IMG/VR virus record: IMGVR_UViG_3300042350_002797
Coordinates: 62,001 to 126,000 of that record
Length of the DNA stretch: 64,000 bases
Strand: one strand, 5' to 3'
Position 1 is the first letter of the stretch. Each line of letters opens with the position of its first letter. This document shows, piece after piece, positions 20,397-29,299 of the stretch. The notes beneath the pieces are model-generated. The model searched no databases. It was not told the origin of the DNA and saw nothing but the letters and a program-made list of their open reading frames with translations. Both the position numbers and the translations under genes were made by a program.

Positions 20397-21566
20397 TTAG
20401 CTGAATACTGCGTTAGCAATAGTTACAGTACCTAGGTAATCAGCTGCGTTACCTAAAGAGCTTGCACTGTTAGTCAATTCAACATATCCATAACGAGTCA
20501 TAAAGCTTACGACTGGTTCGAATGTTGATGGATCTAACACAACACCGCTGCTCATCAATGGAATGTATGGGCAGTAGAATGCTGCTGCATCACTTTCGCT
20601 TGATCCTTTGTAACCAATTAATACTGTATCGTTAGATGCATAAGTGTTTACATAGACCTTCATAGCATTGTTCAATGTACCAACGAACTTAGTGTTTGTT
20701 GGAGCTTCGAATGTGCCTTCTGTTGTTCTTGCGAACGCAGAAGTTGTAGCACTTTGAAGAATTGTTAATGCTGTTGGGCTAACTACTGCCCAGTTACCAG
20801 CGCCACGACGTGTACGCTGAGCGATTGTGTTAGCAACACGGTTGATCATAACTGCTAGAGCAGCATGTTCGTCACCAACGAAAGTAGCAGTACCAGAAAC
20901 AGCAGCCTGGTCATATGCTTGTTGGTTTTGTGTGCCTGCTAGTGTTACTAAACTAGCTAAAATTTCTTGGTCAATTTCAGCAGTGATTTCCTGAGCAAGT
21001 GCTGCCATGATTTCTGCTTCGATGTCAATACCTTGTTGGGCTTGTGCATCTTGTGCAGCTTCAAATGTCCAGCGAGCTGATAGCTTACGTGTCTTAGCTT
21101 CAACTGTTTGCTTTAAGATCTGAATGCTTAATCTGTTACCAGCTTGGCCTTCTAGAGCAGCTGTAGCAGCAGCTTTAGCAGTTGTTGTGTTACCAGAATA
21201 TGCTTCAGCAATTTTGAATGGGCTTAGAGCTTCTTCACCTGCTACTGCACCACTGTTACCTGTACCTGCTGTGTCGCTGTAACGAACACGTAGGGTATGG
21301 ATTTGTCCAACTGGTCCAGTCATTGGTTGTACGCCTACCAACTCGTTAGCGATAACTGTTGGCATAACACGACGGATTACTGGTAGAATCACGCGGTTTA
21401 ATGTTGCGACGTTGCCGGCAGAAGTAGCACCACCTGTTGCACTTTCAGCGAGATACTTACGAGTATTCTCAAGTGTAGATGCCATTACGGATCTCTTGGT
21501 GCCTTGAAGGCCTTCCAATAGAGCCTCTTTAGTTTCTGACCAGCGGCTTGTTAGTAGTTCTGACAT
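20397..21566 (-). CDS. gp23: Major capsid protein (T4 gp23-like)
   Basis: VIRRVMP...ELVGVQPMTGPVGQI, A.TRKL.A.WT.E.AQD, E..AEI.QEI, FYCPYIPL and MTRYG motifs. Confidence 0.96.
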   Translation of the reverse strand: MSELLTSRWSETKEALLEGLQGTKRSVMASTLENTRKYLAESATGGATSAGNVATLNRVILPVIRRVMPTVIANELVGVQPMTGPVGQIHTLRVRYSDTAGTGNSGAVAGEEALSPFKIAEAYSGNTTTAKAAATAALEGQAGNRLSIQILKQTVEAKTRKLSARWTFEAAQDAQAQQGIDIEAEIMAALAQEITAEIDQEILASLVTLAGTQNQQAYDQAAVSGTATFVGDEHAALAVMINRVANTIAQRTRRGAGNWAVVSPTALTILQSATTSAFARTTEGTFEAPTNTKFVGTLNNAMKVYVNTYASNDTVLIGYKGSSESDAAAFYCPYIPLMSSGVVLDPSTFEPVVSFMTRYGYVELTNSASSLGNAADYLGTVTIANAVFS

Positions 21567-21587
21567 TATTTTTCTCCTGATTAATGT

Positions 21588-22676
21588 TTAAATTCCAGCT
21601 AGACGACGAATATCAAAGATATTGTTATCGACTTCGCTGCTACTTACGCTGTTGGTTTGTTTATTGCCTGTAATTTCTTTTGCCTCTACAAGTGCCTTTT
21701 TCTTCTGTGGTGCTTCGCCAGCAACAACTGCTGGTAAGTATTTTTCAAAATTACTACGTAACTTTGTAGTTTGAACACTTTCTAACAATTCTGTCATGAT
21801 AGCTTTTTGAGCTGAAGCTAATGGGCTAATCAATTCATCAATTATTGCTTTGCGTTCTACACTTTCTTTTAGTGTTTTGATTTGTGCTTCTTTGCTTTCT
21901 GCAATTAGACGTGCTTCTGCTACAGCGTTTTTAGCAGTAGCTACTTCTAATTCCTTTAAGTCTATAACTTTAAGCAATTTAGCTGTTTCTGATTTTTCAC
22001 TTAGATAGCTGTTTTGATATTCGTTAGCAAATGCCTCGAACAACTTACGACCAAAGTCGTTACGTCGAGCTGCTTCGATATCTTCTTTCAATTGACCAAT
22101 TTCTTTTTGTAGACCTTGGCTAACTGTTTCTTCAACTAACTGAGCGGCACGTTTAACAAATTGAGATTTTAGTGAAGCAAATGCTTCTTTTCCTTCTCTT
22201 ACTAAACGCACTTTTGTTTCTGCGATATCTTTTTTATCAATTTGAAACTCTGTAATTTCTTGAGCTAAAGCTTCTACAACAAAACGTTCAAGAGTTTTAA
22301 ACTTTTGAGCCATTTGTACTTGATCTTCATGCAATTCCATGACTTCCTGTGCTAGTTGACGTGTAACGAATTCGTTAACTACTCTAGCATTTTGTTTCAT
22401 TGCAACTGCATATCTAGCCTTTTGTTCAGCTAGATGCTTACGATCTTCTACAAATTCAGCGATTTCTTCTGCTAGTTTGTCACCAAGCATACGATCGATA
22501 GCCTCGACCATAACTTGTTTGTCGTGTTCATAACGTTGTGCAAATTCTTCGCGTAATTGTTGAGTGACTTGGGTACGATTTTCATTAATTCTCATTTCCC
22601 AAGACTTTTCGATATCAGCTTTGATCTCTTCAGAAATCACATTGTTTTCAAATAGTGTTTTTAGTGCTTCCAACAT
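21588..22676 (-). CDS. gp22: Prohead core scaffolding protein (T4 gp22-like)
   Basis: Coiled-coil, Glu/Ala/Lys-rich; lies between protease and capsid genes. Confidence 0.85.
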   Translation of the reverse strand: MLEALKTLFENNVISEEIKADIEKSWEMRINENRTQVTQQLREEFAQRYEHDKQVMVEAIDRMLGDKLAEEIAEFVEDRKHLAEQKARYAVAMKQNARVVNEFVTRQLAQEVMELHEDQVQMAQKFKTLERFVVEALAQEITEFQIDKKDIAETKVRLVREGKEAFASLKSQFVKRAAQLVEETVSQGLQKEIGQLKEDIEAARRNDFGRKLFEAFANEYQNSYLSEKSETAKLLKVIDLKELEVATAKNAVAEARLIAESKEAQIKTLKESVERKAIIDELISPLASAQKAIMTELLESVQTTKLRSNFEKYLPAVVAGEAPQKKKALVEAKEITGNKQTNSVSSSEVDNNIFDIRRLAGI

Positions 22677-22690
22677 GTGATTCTCCTTTT

Positions 22691-23317
22691 TTATTGGAGT
22701 CCGCTTATTATTTTTAATAAGCTTTCTTTAAGATACTTCTGCGCCTTTGGATCATCCTGAACTTCTTTCGCTATGCGTAAGCTTCTATAACCACCTTGAT
22801 GATTCATTAAATGTTCATAGATAGGTGTAGGATATGCTCCAGGAGCACTAGGTTGAGCCACCACATCTACTGTGATGATTTCAAAATCTTTTACCATTCC
22901 GTCGTTGTCTACATCGCCGGAACCTCTAGAAGAAACTCCCAACTTTACGCCGGCCTGTAACATAGTTTTCACTAGTTCGCCCATTGGAGTTGGGAGTACT
23001 TTTAACTTTCCATAACCGTCTGCCCCTTCCATCCACATTTCTGTGACCATATGGCATACACGATCAAGATTGATTCTTAGGTCTTCTGGATGATCTACTT
23101 CTCCGAGAACCGAATAGCCACCAGCAATTTGATCATTAAGGGTTTTGACAGCCCTAGCAATCTCTCTTGCAGGATAAACTCTTTGATTTTGATTCCTCTT
23201 ATCGCCTTGAATGCAAATCCCTTTAAGATAAAGAGACTTGCCCCCTTGCGCTTCGTCGGACTCGATGACCATTTTTGCTTGGTCGAAACTCAGGTTTTCA
23301 CGAAGTGTTCTCATCAA
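22691..23317 (-). CDS. gp21: Prohead protease (T4 gp21-like)
   Basis: LGEVDHP, GVSSRGSG and DVVAQPSAPGAYP motifs; N.N.RVYP. Confidence 0.93.
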   Translation of the reverse strand: MMRTLRENLSFDQAKMVIESDEAQGGKSLYLKGICIQGDKRNQNQRVYPAREIARAVKTLNDQIAGGYSVLGEVDHPEDLRINLDRVCHMVTEMWMEGADGYGKLKVLPTPMGELVKTMLQAGVKLGVSSRGSGDVDNDGMVKDFEIITVDVVAQPSAPGAYPTPIYEHLMNHQGGYRSLRIAKEVQDDPKAQKYLKESLLKIISGLQ

Positions 23318-23323
23318 TTAACC

Positions 23324-24199
23324 TTATTTTGCACGACTTTTAACGCCGTTTAAAGGACTACCTGCACCTTTGTCGCCGTCATCGCCGCCAGCTGGTGTGC
23401 TTACTTTTTTAAGATGCTTTACACCTGCTTTACCACCTGGAACATTTACATTACCTGCATTATCTTCTTTAGTCGAAGGATTAGCAAGGCCTCCTTTGGT
23501 GCCACCGGATGTGCTTTCGCCGCCACCAAGGATATTTGCTGTAGTTCCACCCATATCGTTCTTACCTGCTACGATACTTTTTGTGTTTACACCGTCGTCG
23601 CCCATTTTTCCATACTTGGTATAATCAGCGCCGCCAACTTTTTCTACATATTCACGCATAAAACTTACGTCATCTGCCATGGACATTTTCATGTCTTTTC
23701 CCATATCGTCACCGCCCATGTCCATATCATCATCACCCATGTCCATGTCGTCGCCCATGTCGTCGTCACCCATGCCGCCTAGTTCTTTTTCAAACTGCGC
23801 ACGTAACTCGTCCATTGCATCTTCTAAATCCATTACACGATCTTCTAGATCATCCGATCCTTCTTCGTCGCCCATGTCCATATCGTCTCCTTCTTCGGAA
23901 TCGATATCACCGATCATGTCGTCAGTTGGGTCGCCGCCGATAGCATCAGAATCGTCGTCGCCTTCACCGAAAGCAAAATCTTCTTCGACTTCTTCGTCAT
24001 CATCGTGCATGGCTTCTTCTACTTCTTCATCGTCTTCTTCTTTTTCTTCTTCTACTTCGTCAAATTCTTCCGCTAGGATAGTTTCGTAGATTTCGCGGGA
24101 TTTTTCTACTACGATTTGGTGAAAAATTTCTTTAGCTGCTTCTTGGTCTTCGTTAACAAGATGCTCGAGCATCTGCTCGAATTTTGATCGATCAGTCAT
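23324..24199 (-). CDS. Highly acidic prohead core/internal protein with a Gly/Lys-rich C-terminus
   Basis: Asp/Glu/Met-rich DDM(D)MG repeats; occupies the position of T4 gp67/gp68 between portal and protease. Confidence 0.65.
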   Translation of the reverse strand: MTDRSKFEQMLEHLVNEDQEAAKEIFHQIVVEKSREIYETILAEEFDEVEEEKEEDDEEVEEAMHDDDEEVEEDFAFGEGDDDSDAIGGDPTDDMIGDIDSEEGDDMDMGDEEGSDDLEDRVMDLEDAMDELRAQFEKELGGMGDDDMGDDMDMGDDDMDMGGDDMGKDMKMSMADDVSFMREYVEKVGGADYTKYGKMGDDGVNTKSIVAGKNDMGGTTANILGGGESTSGGTKGGLANPSTKEDNAGNVNVPGGKAGVKHLKKVSTPAGGDDGDKGAGSPLNGVKSRAK

Positions 24200-24235
24200 A
24201 GTTTTCTCCTATAAAGATGTAAGGCTGTCAAATTA

Positions 24236-24278
24236 TATTTACAATTAATTGTTAAAAACACTCGATAATAGTGTTTTT
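24236..24278 (-). promoter_or_regulatory. Terminator-like hairpin (24254-24278) followed by late promoter variant TGTAAATA (24236-24243)
   Basis: AAAAACACT/AGTGTTTTT inverted repeat directly after the stop of 24279-24863; TAAATA core 37 nt upstream of ATG 24199. Confidence 0.55.
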
Positions 24279-24863
24279 TTACGCGATTTGATTAAATGTT
24301 GGTAGTTGTCTGTAAAATTCTTCGTATTTCATATGTTTAAAATTTGGGTAAATCCATTCTGGGTTAAAGAAATCATCTGTGATTACTCGATAAAATTTTA
24401 CCCTCCAGTTTTGTTTTATCACTTGTTCTGTTTGTCTTTGCCAATTTCCGTAATACGTAGCAGTGTCTGAACTTTTTCTATAGTTGGTAGTATCGGCATA
24501 CACATTGTTCAATAATCCGTTCATACCTACAAAGTCAAACCCGAAGATATAAACTTCAGTAGCTCCGTTTTTTATAGCAAGATCCAGTGCAGTAGGTCCA
24601 GAACTCCATCCTAAACTTGGATTGAAATACTTGAATCCCGTAAAACTTCTGTACTTTTGATTAGGATTAGTCCACACTTCATGTGTTAATTGATATCCAG
24701 ATTTTTCTATTTCTACAACCATTTTTGGATCTACAGCTATCAAATAATCAGGTTCAAACTCTCTATAAAGAGCATTACAGCCATACACTTTGCCGTATCT
24801 TTTAAGTTGATTTAATTTTAAATTCAGTCGACTACGACCGTTGCCGAGCACAAAACATCGCAT
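24279..24863 (-). CDS. DUF115/MptE-like (MAF_flag10, GT42/sialyltransferase-like Rossmann fold) enzyme
   Basis: FVLGNGRS, YGCNA.Y...PDYL.AVD and WSSGPTAL.LA...G..EVYIFGFDF motifs. Confidence 0.65.
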   Translation of the reverse strand: MRCFVLGNGRSRLNLKLNQLKRYGKVYGCNALYREFEPDYLIAVDPKMVVEIEKSGYQLTHEVWTNPNQKYRSFTGFKYFNPSLGWSSGPTALDLAIKNGATEVYIFGFDFVGMNGLLNNVYADTTNYRKSSDTATYYGNWQRQTEQVIKQNWRVKFYRVITDDFFNPEWIYPNFKHMKYEEFYRQLPTFNQIA

Positions 24864-24883
24864 ACTAATCCTTTTATGATTAA

Positions 24884-25123
24884 TTATACTGGAGGTGCTG
24901 GTGGAGTGAAATACATTGATTGTATTAGTTCTAATTCTCTCTCTTGTTCAAGCAAATGTGCTTCGCTAGCTTTACGAAGTTCATTTATTTGTCTTAAAGT
25001 TAGTCGTGTTTTACGTGTATCTGACCGTTCTAACTGTGTAGAATCTTTTTCGGGATTGTATTTTAGATCCATGGCTACTGCCCTAGTATCTTTATCTGCA
25101 TAAAATAATTCACGTAATATCAT
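24884..25123 (-). CDS. Hypothetical head-module protein (79 aa)
   Basis: Has its own late promoter; TRKTRLTL.QIN.LRK helix; co-oriented with the head genes. Confidence 0.7.
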   Translation of the reverse strand: MILRELFYADKDTRAVAMDLKYNPEKDSTQLERSDTRKTRLTLRQINELRKASEAHLLEQERELELIQSMYFTPPAPPV

Positions 25124-25128
25124 ATTAA

Positions 25129-25136
25129 TATTTATA
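25129..25136 (-). promoter_or_regulatory. Late promoter TATAAATA overlapping the portal stop codon
   Basis: Exact consensus 6 nt upstream of ATG 25123. Confidence 0.6.
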
Positions 25137-26853
25137 CTGGAGGAGCAGCAGGAGCGGCACCGCCTACTGGACTTGCTCCTGCTCCTTCAGGTGCAGCTTC
25201 TCCGCCAGGTGGAGGAGGTACTGCTGCATCAGAAGCTATGCCTAAATCACTGCTTATACCGGCTTGACTTATGCCTGCGCCGCGTAATTCTGCGCCGCTT
25301 TCTGAAGCTTGTGTTTCTGCTTTACCATTTTCTTCTCTCCATAGGCGTTCGTTTTCTGCTATTTCTTCTTCAGACAACCCTAAGAATCTTTTCATAGCAA
25401 AACGTTTGCTAATAGTCGGTATTTGAGAAAGTGTTTGATATGTTGGAGCTCGTGCAGTGTCTAATTCGCTTTGTCTAGTTGCTGCAAAATTTTGTGGAGG
25501 ATTAAATTTAAGTTCAAACAGACTGTTGTCAATATTAAGTCCTCGGTCATTTAGATAAAGTTTAAATTCTTTATCAAAAACTTCTTGCATTAGACTTTGA
25601 AGTCTTTCGCAATAGTTGTTGAATCGCAGTTCTTGAATATATGCAGTACCTACTCTGCCATCATTGTACTGGCTTTGACTATCGTCTGCTCCGGTAGGCA
25701 GGTAACTACTAGGAATACGTAATCCTCGAAATAATTTATTTGTAAAATATTTTAAATCGTCTATTTCGCCTAAATTTGTTCCGCCGGGCAAAGTTTCTAC
25801 TTTACTTCCACGACCTTCTGCGGTTTGTGGAAAGAAGTAATCTTCATTGATTGATAAAGGATTATAGGCTGAGTCAATAACATTAGTACCGCCACCAACA
25901 GCAGAAGGAATTCTTCTTTGATGTATTTCATTTTTCACTCGCTCCACAAAACTCATAGCCAAGTGACTGGGCATGTTTCCTACATCAATGTAGAATATTC
26001 TACGCTCAGGGGCACGTTGAATACGATAGATAATAATAGCATCTTCTAATAATTCTTTCTGTTTGTAAACTTTAAAAACAGATTCTAACAGACTATTGCC
26101 GAACGGATAATTGTTATCCAATCCTTCGCTTAAACTTAGATGAATTACGTGTTTTGCATCAACTGCAAGTTCGTTTTCGTTATTTTGAAATCGTGTGCCT
26201 GGACTAATTGGATAAGCACTAGCCTGGCCTCTTGCTGCTGCACCTCCTGCTATATATGCAGTACCTCTGTTATTTGTATTAACAGTGTTAGGATTAATAG
26301 TGGTTACAGTTAGCTCTTGAAAATTAGGATTTAAATCTCTAATTACATACTGTTCAGGCTTTTTGCCTTCGCTTTCGTTAACAATTATTTTGGTTAGCTT
26401 GCCTGGATCGATGTGAAACCATTTTTTAGTTTCAGGATCACGAACAAATATACTATCGCCATATTTGAATACGTTTCTAACAATTCTGAAAATTCTAGTT
26501 TCAAAATTTTGCAGTTTGCACCACTGTTGTAAGTATTCGCGTAGTACAGTAACTTCTGAATTAGTGGCTTTGGATCTAAAAAATAGTGTAAATGGTGTAT
26601 TATTTTGTTTATTAGTCTGACTGCAAAATTCTGCTAGTATGTCCAATGCGGCATTGACTTCACTGTCCATATCCATGGTATCATATTGTAGATATCGTTC
26701 TACTCTATTAGGTGCGCCAGTATATACATCTGGTAAAAAAGAACTATAATTGGTTCTCGCTGGGCCTGCTCGACCAGCAGAACTACCTACAGGACTGTAC
26801 ACAGCAGGTTGTCCGCCAACATTAACAGGTGTAAAATATTTTTTCCAGCTCAT
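25132..26853 (-). CDS. gp20: Portal protein (T4 gp20-like)
   Basis: LEDA..IYR..RAPERRIFYIDVGNMP, EDYF.P...GRGS.V.TLPGG.NLGEIDD..YF..KL.R.L..P.S motifs. Confidence 0.96.
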   Translation of the reverse strand: MSWKKYFTPVNVGGQPAVYSPVGSSAGRAGPARTNYSSFLPDVYTGAPNRVERYLQYDTMDMDSEVNAALDILAEFCSQTNKQNNTPFTLFFRSKATNSEVTVLREYLQQWCKLQNFETRIFRIVRNVFKYGDSIFVRDPETKKWFHIDPGKLTKIIVNESEGKKPEQYVIRDLNPNFQELTVTTINPNTVNTNNRGTAYIAGGAAARGQASAYPISPGTRFQNNENELAVDAKHVIHLSLSEGLDNNYPFGNSLLESVFKVYKQKELLEDAIIIYRIQRAPERRIFYIDVGNMPSHLAMSFVERVKNEIHQRRIPSAVGGGTNVIDSAYNPLSINEDYFFPQTAEGRGSKVETLPGGTNLGEIDDLKYFTNKLFRGLRIPSSYLPTGADDSQSQYNDGRVGTAYIQELRFNNYCERLQSLMQEVFDKEFKLYLNDRGLNIDNSLFELKFNPPQNFAATRQSELDTARAPTYQTLSQIPTISKRFAMKRFLGLSEEEIAENERLWREENGKAETQASESGAELRGAGISQAGISSDLGIASDAAVPPPPGGEAAPEGAGASPVGGAAPAAPPV

Positions 26854-29240
26854 TATGTTCTCTCGTATACATTACCACTACCACTTGATTTAGTGGCTCT
26901 AATTTGCTTACCGCCAATATCAACTTGTACATCAACTAGTGTAGTCATTGTAGTATTTAAGCGTTCTAGACGGTCAACGACATCGTTTAGGGATACACTA
27001 GGACCTCCTTTTGTTATCTGTTCCATAGCAGATGGGACCCCTTGTTCTAATGTTTGCTGTGCTTTTGGTATCAAACTAGATACTGAAGAAGAAAATTTAT
27101 CGCTCATAGGCATAGACAAATTTGAAAGTTTGCTACCTAAACTATTGAATGCTTCTGTTTCTTTTGGATTTAAAACTCTTTCGCCTTTATGAATAAATGC
27201 TAGCAAATCTTCTGGTTCTGCAGGTTTTCCTGTTTTACCAAATGTTCCAAATTCTCTTGTCCCTAGCCCAGTGACACCTTTGAGAATATTAAGTTGATCA
27301 ACACCTATAGTTTGAACACCGGTTATGCTTTGGATCTGATTCATGATGCCGCCGCCTTCTTCGGATTGTGTTCTTTGTTCAATCCTGTCATCTCTTCGGC
27401 GTTGCCATTCAGGTTTGTTCATTCTTTCACGCTCTTTTTGAACATCTGCTTCTTTAGCTTTTAATGATTCTATTACAATTTTGTCTAGTGCTTGCGGCCC
27501 TTTCGCAACCATTTCTTTAATTACTTGTTCTTGGCTAATGCCTCTTTCTTTAGCTTCCTTCATAATAGTTTCGTTTAGTTTAGCGTTTTTATCTAAGCTA
27601 GTTATAAATGCTATTAACTCAGGACTTTTGCCTGTCAATCCGGTTCCTTGTTCTTTACTTAATTTTAATCCTTCTTCGACTGCTTTCATTTTATCTTTTA
27701 ACTTAGGCGAAGTATCTGCTATAGTGCCTATTAATTTGCTAAACGCTGCATCAGTTGCTTTTTGTGTTTCTTCTCGAATATTGTTACTTTTACCTTTAGC
27801 AGCATCTAAATTTTGATAGAATTCATTTAATGCTCTTCCTAAAGGACTAGCTGGTGCCACTTGTTGCAAGATACCTTGTCTAATTCCGGCACTAGCATCT
27901 TTAGTTGCATTTTCAATTCCTGTTAATGCTTTAGTTGCTCCATCGCTCTTTTCTTGTTCTATTTTTGCACCTTGTCTTCTTAGCTCTAATGCCTTAGACA
28001 ATCCTTCTTCTGTTTGAAGATTTAATTTATTAGCTTTAGCAATTTCTTGAAGTTGAGTACTAAAACCTCGAGTCTGAGTCTGCATATCAACAAAATCTTT
28101 TTCTCCTTGACGTGCTAACTGTCTATTTGTATTAGATTGCTGTTGTAAAGCAGCAAGTGCAGCAGCTCTTTCAGTTAATTCTCTTGCCCTGACGTCATCA
28201 CCTTTTTTAGCTGCTTCAGCAGCTTCATATAAAGCTTTTTGTGCAGCAGGACCAATAGCATTAAATTTGCCAATCATATCCTCTGTAGGTCTGCCCATGG
28301 CAAAAATTTGCTCGGATAACATTTGGAAATCAGTGCCACCTTGCTGTGCTGCTGTCTGCATGGCATTGAATCCTTGTTGCACATTCTTGCCGCCTCTCGC
28401 AATTTCATCTGCTAGTGCAGCTTGTACTTGGCCATTTTCCTGCTGCTTTCTCATTAAATCTTCTTGTTCTTTACGACTATTACCGGTAAGTTTAGCCATT
28501 AAATCCATTTCTTTACCAAGCTTTTCAACTTGTTCAATGGCTACTTTTCTCGAATCAGCTTCATTTAATCCTTGTCGTCTTTGCTGGGTTATTGTGGTTG
28601 ATAATAAACTGTTTAAATCTTCAGTAGTAAATCCTAGACCAGTCATTCGATCAACTAATCCTGAATCGTCAAACATTGCTTGGCTAGCTTTAGTAAATTC
28701 TTTAGCTCCTTGAGCAACTCCTCCTGGTAATGTAGCAAATGCTTTGTTATTAGTTTGCATTAATTCTGTAAATTCACGCATACCTAATCTAGTACCAGCA
28801 GCGGCCATACCTAAATCTACTAGACTGTTATTAAAGTTCATACCGCCTTTGCTTAACAATCTAAAAGCATCTAAGTTTTCTTCGTAAAATTGTGAACCTT
28901 TGGCTAGTAAACCTGAAAATTTACCTATAGTGTCGCCGAATAGAAACCCTGCACCTCTTGCGTTATCCCCTACAATATTAAAGGCTTCGCTGACACGCAT
29001 ACCTCCTTTGCTCAAATGAGCAAAGGTGTCAGTAGTAGCTCCTATGCCAAATTTAGCCAGGCCTGCGAACTGATCTTTAACTCCAGTTAGAACTTGATCG
29101 AACGTCGATCCGCCGCCTCCTCCGGTACCTCCTCCACTTCCCCCAGCACCCCCTCCGCCGAAACCACTGCTGCTTCGAGAATGTTGTTTAAGAGCTTCGG
29201 CAAAGGCCTCTTTAAGATCTTGTTTTGTTAAATCGGGCAT
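26853..29240 (-). CDS. Tape-measure-like protein (795 aa)
   Basis: Ala/Gln/Lys-rich, predominantly helical; Gly-rich N-terminal linker; adjacent to the gp26-like chaperone gene. Confidence 0.65.
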   Translation of the reverse strand: MPDLTKQDLKEAFAEALKQHSRSSSGFGGGGAGGSGGGTGGGGGSTFDQVLTGVKDQFAGLAKFGIGATTDTFAHLSKGGMRVSEAFNIVGDNARGAGFLFGDTIGKFSGLLAKGSQFYEENLDAFRLLSKGGMNFNNSLVDLGMAAAGTRLGMREFTELMQTNNKAFATLPGGVAQGAKEFTKASQAMFDDSGLVDRMTGLGFTTEDLNSLLSTTITQQRRQGLNEADSRKVAIEQVEKLGKEMDLMAKLTGNSRKEQEDLMRKQQENGQVQAALADEIARGGKNVQQGFNAMQTAAQQGGTDFQMLSEQIFAMGRPTEDMIGKFNAIGPAAQKALYEAAEAAKKGDDVRARELTERAAALAALQQQSNTNRQLARQGEKDFVDMQTQTRGFSTQLQEIAKANKLNLQTEEGLSKALELRRQGAKIEQEKSDGATKALTGIENATKDASAGIRQGILQQVAPASPLGRALNEFYQNLDAAKGKSNNIREETQKATDAAFSKLIGTIADTSPKLKDKMKAVEEGLKLSKEQGTGLTGKSPELIAFITSLDKNAKLNETIMKEAKERGISQEQVIKEMVAKGPQALDKIVIESLKAKEADVQKERERMNKPEWQRRRDDRIEQRTQSEEGGGIMNQIQSITGVQTIGVDQLNILKGVTGLGTREFGTFGKTGKPAEPEDLLAFIHKGERVLNPKETEAFNSLGSKLSNLSMPMSDKFSSSVSSLIPKAQQTLEQGVPSAMEQITKGGPSVSLNDVVDRLERLNTTMTTLVDVQVDIGGKQIRATKSSGSGNVYERT

Positions 29241-29263
29241 TATTTTTTTCCTGAAATATACGT

Positions 29264-29290
29264 AGATAAATACTAATATAATATTTATCT
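29264..29290. promoter_or_regulatory. Two overlapping, oppositely oriented late promoters (GATAAATA, plus 29265-29272 and minus 29282-29289)
   Basis: Perfect inverted repeat AGATAAATA-9 nt-TATTTATCT in the 59-nt gap between divergent genes. Confidence 0.7.
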
Positions 29291-29299
29291 AAGGTAAAA

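Noticed and set aside
23370-24089. Ser/Pro-rich plus-strand ORFs
   Set aside because: Shadows of the antisense low-complexity acidic gene; the repeats explain the absence of stops
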